A DNA stretch of 64,000 bases. It comes from Synergistaceae bacterium UBA6083. Its GTDB lineage: Bacteria > Synergistota > Synergistia > Synergistales > 79-D21. The notes under the pieces are model-generated. The model had not been told where the DNA came from. It did not search any database and saw only the letters and a list, made by a program, of their open reading frames with translations. The stretch spans positions 10,256-74,255 of the forward strand of contig DIXJ01000007.1 in the NCBI GenBank assembly GCA_002436015.1, in the 5' to 3' direction. Position 1 is the stretch's first letter, and each line of letters starts with the position of its first letter. Positions 59,458 to 64,000 of this stretch are shown here, in pieces. The position numbers were made by a program, and so were the translations under genes.

Positions 59458-60191
59458 CACATACCACCCCTCTCCCAAGGTAATAGGATGTATCTTGAAA
59501 CCGGCCAAAGGCAGACCTTTTCACCCCTGAACCGTAGTTCCGCCTCTTCCATCGCGTCTTCGGGCACTCCCACGAAGATCACCGGCAGGTGCATCTTCAG
59601 GGCGGCCTCTTTTGCTGTTCGATAGCCCGCATAGACGTCATCGACGGTCGTTTCGGCCATGAAATGGGCATTGCTGATGACCGCGGAAACCTTGAGCCCA
59701 CTGACTCGCTCGATGGAACGGACCATACCCTCGATTCCCTCGACGCTCGAAGTCTGGGGCCGGAAGGCATTGACGATTGCGACCAGGCTGTATCCCGCCT
59801 GTTCCATGCGGGGGGCGAATTGCGTCAGGGCCATTGCCCCGCGAGGATCCCCGCCGATGTCGATGAGCAACCTGCCGGGGGCATCGAATGCCCGGTCGAC
59901 CTCAGGCGAGATGGAAGGCAAATCGGACCATCGCGTCCCCTTGAACGGGAGGATCACGGACAGTCCCATCCTCTCGAGCAGCGTGGACACTTCACGAATG
60001 CAGAAATAGGGGTTGATGATATCAACGTCCGCCACGGTGACCGCCTCGCCGCGTTCGAGGAAAGCCGTCGCGAGGTTGAGAAGCCATTCCGACTTGCCTG
60101 AGCCGAGTGCTCCGACAACCGCTACGATTTTCTTCCATGGGAAGTGATCCAGATCCCTTGAAAGGCCAGCCAGTTCCTTTCCTACGGTCAT
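59457..60191 (-). CDS. Uncharacterised P-loop NTPase
   Basis: Walker A VGALGSGKSEWLL and Walker B-like RLLIDIGGDPRG. The ATG at 60191 forms an ATGA overlap with the fmt stop, and its own stop overlaps the korD start. Confidence 0.6.
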   Translation of the reverse strand: MTVGKELAGLSRDLDHFPWKKIVAVVGALGSGKSEWLLNLATAFLERGEAVTVADVDIINPYFCIREVSTLLERMGLSVILPFKGTRWSDLPSISPEVDRAFDAPGRLLIDIGGDPRGAMALTQFAPRMEQAGYSLVAIVNAFRPQTSSVEGIEGMVRSIERVSGLKVSAVISNAHFMAETTVDDVYAGYRTAKEAALKMHLPVIFVGVPEDAMEEAELRFRGEKVCLWPVSRYILLPWERGGM

Positions 60192-61114
60192 TCGAGAAGA
60201 TCTCCTTCTTTGACCCGGCTCCCCCTTGCCCATTCATCGCCACAAGTGATCTTCCTACCCTCGGGCTGGACTTCCAGAAGGATAAGGGCCCCGGCGGCAC
60301 AGGCTACCACAGGAAAGCCTCCCTCGAAACGCACAACCTGGGCAACGAGAGAGAAATCACCTGCCACCGGGCGGGTTCTCCACACCTTGAGGCGTTTCCC
60401 CGAATGAACGCAATAAGCGCCCGGAGCGGGATTGAGAGCCCGAACCCTGTTGTGGATCCCTTCGCAGGGTCCGTTCCAGGCAATTCTCTCTTCGAGCTTA
60501 TCGATCTTGGGTGCGACGGTTGAAGCGCCGTCATCCTGCGCAATGTATTCTGCATAACCTTTGCCGATACATTCTAAGCTCTTTAAAAAAATCTGGCTAC
60601 CCATAAGAGCCAAATTTTCTGTCAACTCACCTGCTGTCGTTTCCGGGCCTATCGGAGTTGAGGCCTGTACAACGATGGGCCCAGCATCCATCGTCTCGAC
60701 AAGGCGAAAAAGGGTCACCCCGGTAGCGGTTTTCCCGTCCATCAATGCCCGCTGGATCGGGGCCGCACCGCGGTAAGCGGGGAGAAGGGAGGGGTGGATA
60801 TTGAAACAGCCGAGCCGCGGCCCGTTAAGCAAAGGTTCTCGTATAAGGCGGGAAAAATCGACGACAAGGGCGAGATCGGGAAGGTTGTTTGCGAGGTCCT
60901 CCAGGAGGAGGGGGTCTGCAGAAGGCCTCGGGGAGTGCAGCGGTTCGAAACCGAGAAGGCGGGCCTGTTCTTCGAGGGGAGTGGGCCTTAAGGCCTTTCC
61001 CCTTCCGGCTGCGCTGGGCGGCAGGGTCACGACCCTCTCGAAGCGGAGATGGGGAGCGATCTCCCGAAAACAGAGGGCGGCAAACTCTCCCGAACCGAAG
61101 AACCAGGCTTTCAA
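60188..61114 (-). CDS. fmt: Methionyl-tRNA formyltransferase
   Basis: 308 aa: FFGSGEFA..., NIHPSLLPAYRGAAPIQRAL. Confidence 0.95.
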   Translation of the reverse strand: MKAWFFGSGEFAALCFREIAPHLRFERVVTLPPSAAGRGKALRPTPLEEQARLLGFEPLHSPRPSADPLLLEDLANNLPDLALVVDFSRLIREPLLNGPRLGCFNIHPSLLPAYRGAAPIQRALMDGKTATGVTLFRLVETMDAGPIVVQASTPIGPETTAGELTENLALMGSQIFLKSLECIGKGYAEYIAQDDGASTVAPKIDKLEERIAWNGPCEGIHNRVRALNPAPGAYCVHSGKRLKVWRTRPVAGDFSLVAQVVRFEGGFPVVACAAGALILLEVQPEGRKITCGDEWARGSRVKEGDLLE

Positions 61115-61614
61115 GGGTTGTTCCTTTCTTCCCGAGCCCGCCTTAGAAGCTTCTTCCTGACGATTTCCCTCTTAAGGGGGCTAAGCTGGTCGATCATCAG
61201 GCGCCCGTCCAGGTGGTCGATCTCGTGGCAGAGAGCCCTTGCCAGGAACCCTTCCGCTTCGATGGAAAAAGGCTTTCCCTCGCCGTCCTGGGCTTCCACG
61301 CGAACCCTTTGCGGCCGGTGAACCTTTTCGAATATGCCGGGAAAGCTCAGGCATCCTTCATCCCCCAACTGGTCTCCTTCGGCTTGAACGATGCGGGGGT
61401 TGACGAGGATCAGGCGGTTCTCTTTCCAGGAAATCACGGACACTCGGAGGTCCACTGCCACCTGGGTTGCGGCTAGGCCGACACCGTCAAAGGCAAGCAT
61501 CGTTTCCCATAGGTCGTGGATAAAGGCATCGAGGTCCCGGTCAAAAACGGTCACTTCCCTGGCGGGTTTGCGAAGGGAAGGGTCCGGGTAGACGCGAATG
61601 CTAAGAAGACTCAT
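61111..61614 (-). CDS. def: Peptide deformylase
   Basis: GVGLAATQV, EGCLSFPG, HEIDHLDG motifs. The ATG at 61614 (MSLLSIRVYPDP) is preferred over the track start at 61659. Confidence 0.95.
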   Translation of the reverse strand: MSLLSIRVYPDPSLRKPAREVTVFDRDLDAFIHDLWETMLAFDGVGLAATQVAVDLRVSVISWKENRLILVNPRIVQAEGDQLGDEGCLSFPGIFEKVHRPQRVRVEAQDGEGKPFSIEAEGFLARALCHEIDHLDGRLMIDQLSPLKREIVRKKLLRRAREERNNP

Positions 61615-61639
61615 CGAATCACCCCTATCGGGCAGGATC

Positions 61640-61683
61640 GCGCCGGTCGCACACTGCACGACCGGCGCATTATAAATATTATA
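61640..61683 (-). promoter_or_regulatory. Tandem TATAAT boxes followed by a GC-rich 10-bp hairpin in the def leader
   Basis: Minus strand reads TATAAT-att-TATAAT (61683..61669) immediately followed by GCGCCGGTCG-tgcagtgtg-CGACCGGCGC (61668..61640), then GGGGTGA and the def ATG. Confidence 0.4.
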
Positions 61684-61696
61684 GGACAGAGAGGTC

Positions 61697-63199
61697 CTAT
61701 GCGTCGAGCATGTTCTTCAGGACGTCGCCGATCGTCACGGAGGTGTCGTCGGGCTGGTAGGCCGGCTCGTGGGACTTGCGCGATTCAGGTGCGCGCCTGG
61801 GGCGTGCCTCATCGCGACCCTTACGGTCTTCGTCGCGGTTCTTCCTTTCCTTCTCATCTTCGATTGCGCTGAGGCTGAGGCGGATGCGGCGTTCCGCGGG
61901 ATTGATCTCGAGGATGCGAGCCACGATTTCCTGCCCTTCCTGGAGGACATCGCCAGGTTTTTCCACACGCTGCCGGCTCAGCTGGGAAATGTGGATCAAT
62001 CCCTCGACCCCTTCCTCAAGCTGGACGAAAGCGCCGAAATCAGCAAGGCGAACCACCTTCACGGGAACGTCCTGGCGCGCCTGGAAGCGCTCCTCCACTC
62101 CGTTCCAGGGATCATTGAGCTGCTTGTAGCCAAGCCCGATCCGCTTGCGGTCCATGTCCACCTCGAGAACCTGCACTTCAACCGACTGCCCCTTGCGGAG
62201 GACTTCCTTGGGATGCTTGATCCTGTGCCAGCTGAGGTCGCCGATGTGGATGAGTCCCTCGATGCCGGGTTCGATCTCGACGAAGGCCCCAAAGTCCGTC
62301 AGGTTTGTAACGGTACCGGTGGTCCGGTCGCCGATATGCCAGCGCTCTGAAACGGTTTCCCACGGATCCTGCAAGGTTTGGCGGATGCTCAGGGAGATCC
62401 TGTTCGTCTCCTTGTCCAGTCCCAGCACCTTGACCTTTATGGTGTCGCCGCGCTTGTATTGTTCGCGGGGCTTCACGTTTCGCTGCCAGGCGATTTCGCT
62501 GATGTGGACCAGGCCCTCCATGTCGTTCCCGAGGGAGATGAAAATGCCGAAGGAAGTGATGCTGCTGACGGTCCCTTCGACGACATCCCCTTCGGTGACC
62601 CTGGAGTAGAAGTTTTCACGCTGGGACTGGGCCTCGCGCTCCACAAGTTCACGGCGGGAAAGGACGAGGCGCCTCTTGCTTCGTTCCTTCTCGAGGATCT
62701 TGACGTTGAACGTTTCGCCTACGAAACGCCCGGGATTGACTCCCCTGCCTTCCTGGGCGAGGTGAGAAATCGGAATGAATCCTTCTATGCCGCAGCAGTC
62801 GACAATCAGGCCGCCCTTGATCTTCCTGAGGCCTGACACGGAAAGGATCTCGTTCTCCGAGGACTCTTTCTCGATGCGGCTCCAACGCTCGTCGAATTCG
62901 GGTCTCCAGCGGCTGACCAATAGCTGGGCTTCCTCGCCCTGGCCAACGTTGACAACCTGGACGCGGACTTTGTCCCCCTTTTGCGGTTCGGAGGCCTCGT
63001 CCACCAGGACGCGGTGTGTCCACTCCGAGCGAGGCAGGAATCCCTCGCACTTGTAGTTGACGTTCACCAGCCAACCCGTTTCAGTCGAGCCGACGATCTC
63101 ACCTTCAACGACTTTGCCCTTGTGAATCTCTTCACTGAGGTAGCCGTCGTACATGCTTTCCATGCTTTCCTTGTTGATGTCGTTCATTTCCTCAACCAT
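61697..63199 (-). CDS. rpsA: 30S ribosomal protein S1
   Basis: 500 aa with repeated S1 domains (GDVVEGTVSSITSFGIFISL, GDRTTGTVTNLTDFGAFVEI, VPVKVVRLADFGAFVQL). Confidence 0.95.
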   Translation of the reverse strand: MVEEMNDINKESMESMYDGYLSEEIHKGKVVEGEIVGSTETGWLVNVNYKCEGFLPRSEWTHRVLVDEASEPQKGDKVRVQVVNVGQGEEAQLLVSRWRPEFDERWSRIEKESSENEILSVSGLRKIKGGLIVDCCGIEGFIPISHLAQEGRGVNPGRFVGETFNVKILEKERSKRRLVLSRRELVEREAQSQRENFYSRVTEGDVVEGTVSSITSFGIFISLGNDMEGLVHISEIAWQRNVKPREQYKRGDTIKVKVLGLDKETNRISLSIRQTLQDPWETVSERWHIGDRTTGTVTNLTDFGAFVEIEPGIEGLIHIGDLSWHRIKHPKEVLRKGQSVEVQVLEVDMDRKRIGLGYKQLNDPWNGVEERFQARQDVPVKVVRLADFGAFVQLEEGVEGLIHISQLSRQRVEKPGDVLQEGQEIVARILEINPAERRIRLSLSAIEDEKERKNRDEDRKGRDEARPRRAPESRKSHEPAYQPDDTSVTIGDVLKNMLDA

Positions 63200-64000
63200 T
63201 CAGTCCATCCCCCTTGGCGACCTTGCGCTCTCGAGTGTTGAAATAAGTTGCCGGATCAGCCATTCCGGCGTGCTTGCGCCGGCGGCGATTCCGATGTTCT
63301 CCTTTTCCCGAACCCACCCCCCATCCAGTTCTTCGTAATGCTCTATCCATAGAGTGGATACGCCCGCCTCGCGGGAAATCTCCACCAGTTTCCCTGTGTT
63401 TGCGCTGTTTTTACCGCCGATGACGATCATTCCGTCCACGCGTGGCGCAAGGTCCATGACGGCTTGCTGTCTTTCCAGTGTGGCCCCGCAGATCGTGTTG
63501 AAAACCCGCAGTTCTTCCGTGTGCGTCAAAAGGCCCCGAACTACCTTTTCAAGAAGGGATACCTTTTGGGTGGTCTGGCAGACAAGGCCGATCTTTCCGT
63601 TCCTCGCATCGGGCGAGATTTCAGAGGCGTTTCCCACGACACGGGCCCCTTCACCCGCATACCCCATGATACCCTGGACTTCGGGATGGCTGGCGTCGCC
63701 CACAATGACCAGGCGATACCCCTCCTGTCTCAGGAGTGCCGCTTTTTCCTGGACGTTGCGGACAAAGGGACATGTCCCGTCCACGATTCGATCTGTCCGG
63801 CGAAGCAGGGAAGCGCGCACTTCGGGAGAAACGCCATGGGCTCGAATGAAGGCGGGTTGACCTGGAGGGATGTCAGCGGGATCCTTGACAACCACGAGAC
63901 CGAGTTTTTCAAGTCTTTCGATCTCCTGGGGATTATGTATGGGGCTTCCAAGGCCGTAGATCTTTCCGACGTTTTCAAGCGCGTTTTCGAGTTCAGAAAT
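63200..64000 (-). CDS. ispH: 4-hydroxy-3-methylbut-2-enyl diphosphate reductase IspH; 5' end beyond the right edge
   Basis: The frame is open to the window end (ISELENALENVGKIYGLGSPIHNPQEIERLEKLGLVVVKDP...). It contains HGVSPEV, DGTCPFV, VVGDASHPEVQG, ICGATLERQ, VIGGKNSANT. Confidence 0.92.
   Translation of the reverse strand: MSELENALENVGKIYGLGSPIHNPQEIERLEKLGLVVVKDPADIPPGQPAFIRAHGVSPEVRASLLRRTDRIVDGTCPFVRNVQEKAALLRQEGYRLVIVGDASHPEVQGIMGYAGEGARVVGNASEISPDARNGKIGLVCQTTQKVSLLEKVVRGLLTHTEELRVFNTICGATLERQQAVMDLAPRVDGMIVIGGKNSANTGKLVEISREAGVSTLWIEHYEELDGGWVREKENIGIAAGASTPEWLIRQLISTLESARSPRGMD

Overview
This is a densely packed bacterial chromosomal window with GC in the mid to high 50s by eye. 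About 90% of it is transcribed from the minus strand, and it is dominated by core housekeeping genes. Reading down the minus strand from the right edge: ispH|rpsA, then def-fmt-(P-loop NTPase)-korDABC, which encodes a 2-oxoacid:ferredoxin oxidoreductase. Next come nudF, xerD, punA-pdp, a small sigma-70-family factor and tRNA-Sec (selC). After these sits a three-gene, AT-richer module (unknown 198-aa protein, degenerate cyclase-family protein, SixA). The only plus-strand genes are cysS, wrbA, typA, an Fe-ADH and recD2. The minus strand then continues with uvrC-ribD-ribE-ribBA-ribH-serS and a membrane-domain::WecG/TagA glycosyltransferase fusion. A CBS protein follows, then a nine-gene V/A-type ATPase operon (G-like, I, K, E, C, F, A, B, D). 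Then come DUF951-rlmH, ybaB-recR, yacL-like PIN/TRAM, ispDF and guaB. The classical rimP-nusA-ylxR-ylxQ-infB-DUF503-rbfA-nrnA-truB-ribF array follows, then tRNA-Arg(CCT) and a TAXI-type TRAP permease with DUF1850. The left end holds ileS, rluD, a convergent plus-strand NFACT/RqcH-like gene, an eight-tRNA array, and tig-clpP-clpX. The synteny is Firmicutes-like. The gene content (V-ATPase, Kor, selC) suggests an anaerobic fermenter, possibly Synergistota or Clostridia-related, but this cannot be decided from the window. I see no CRISPR array, transposase, prophage or recognisable defence system. No clear novel system is demonstrable. The best candidates are listed as findings with modest scores.
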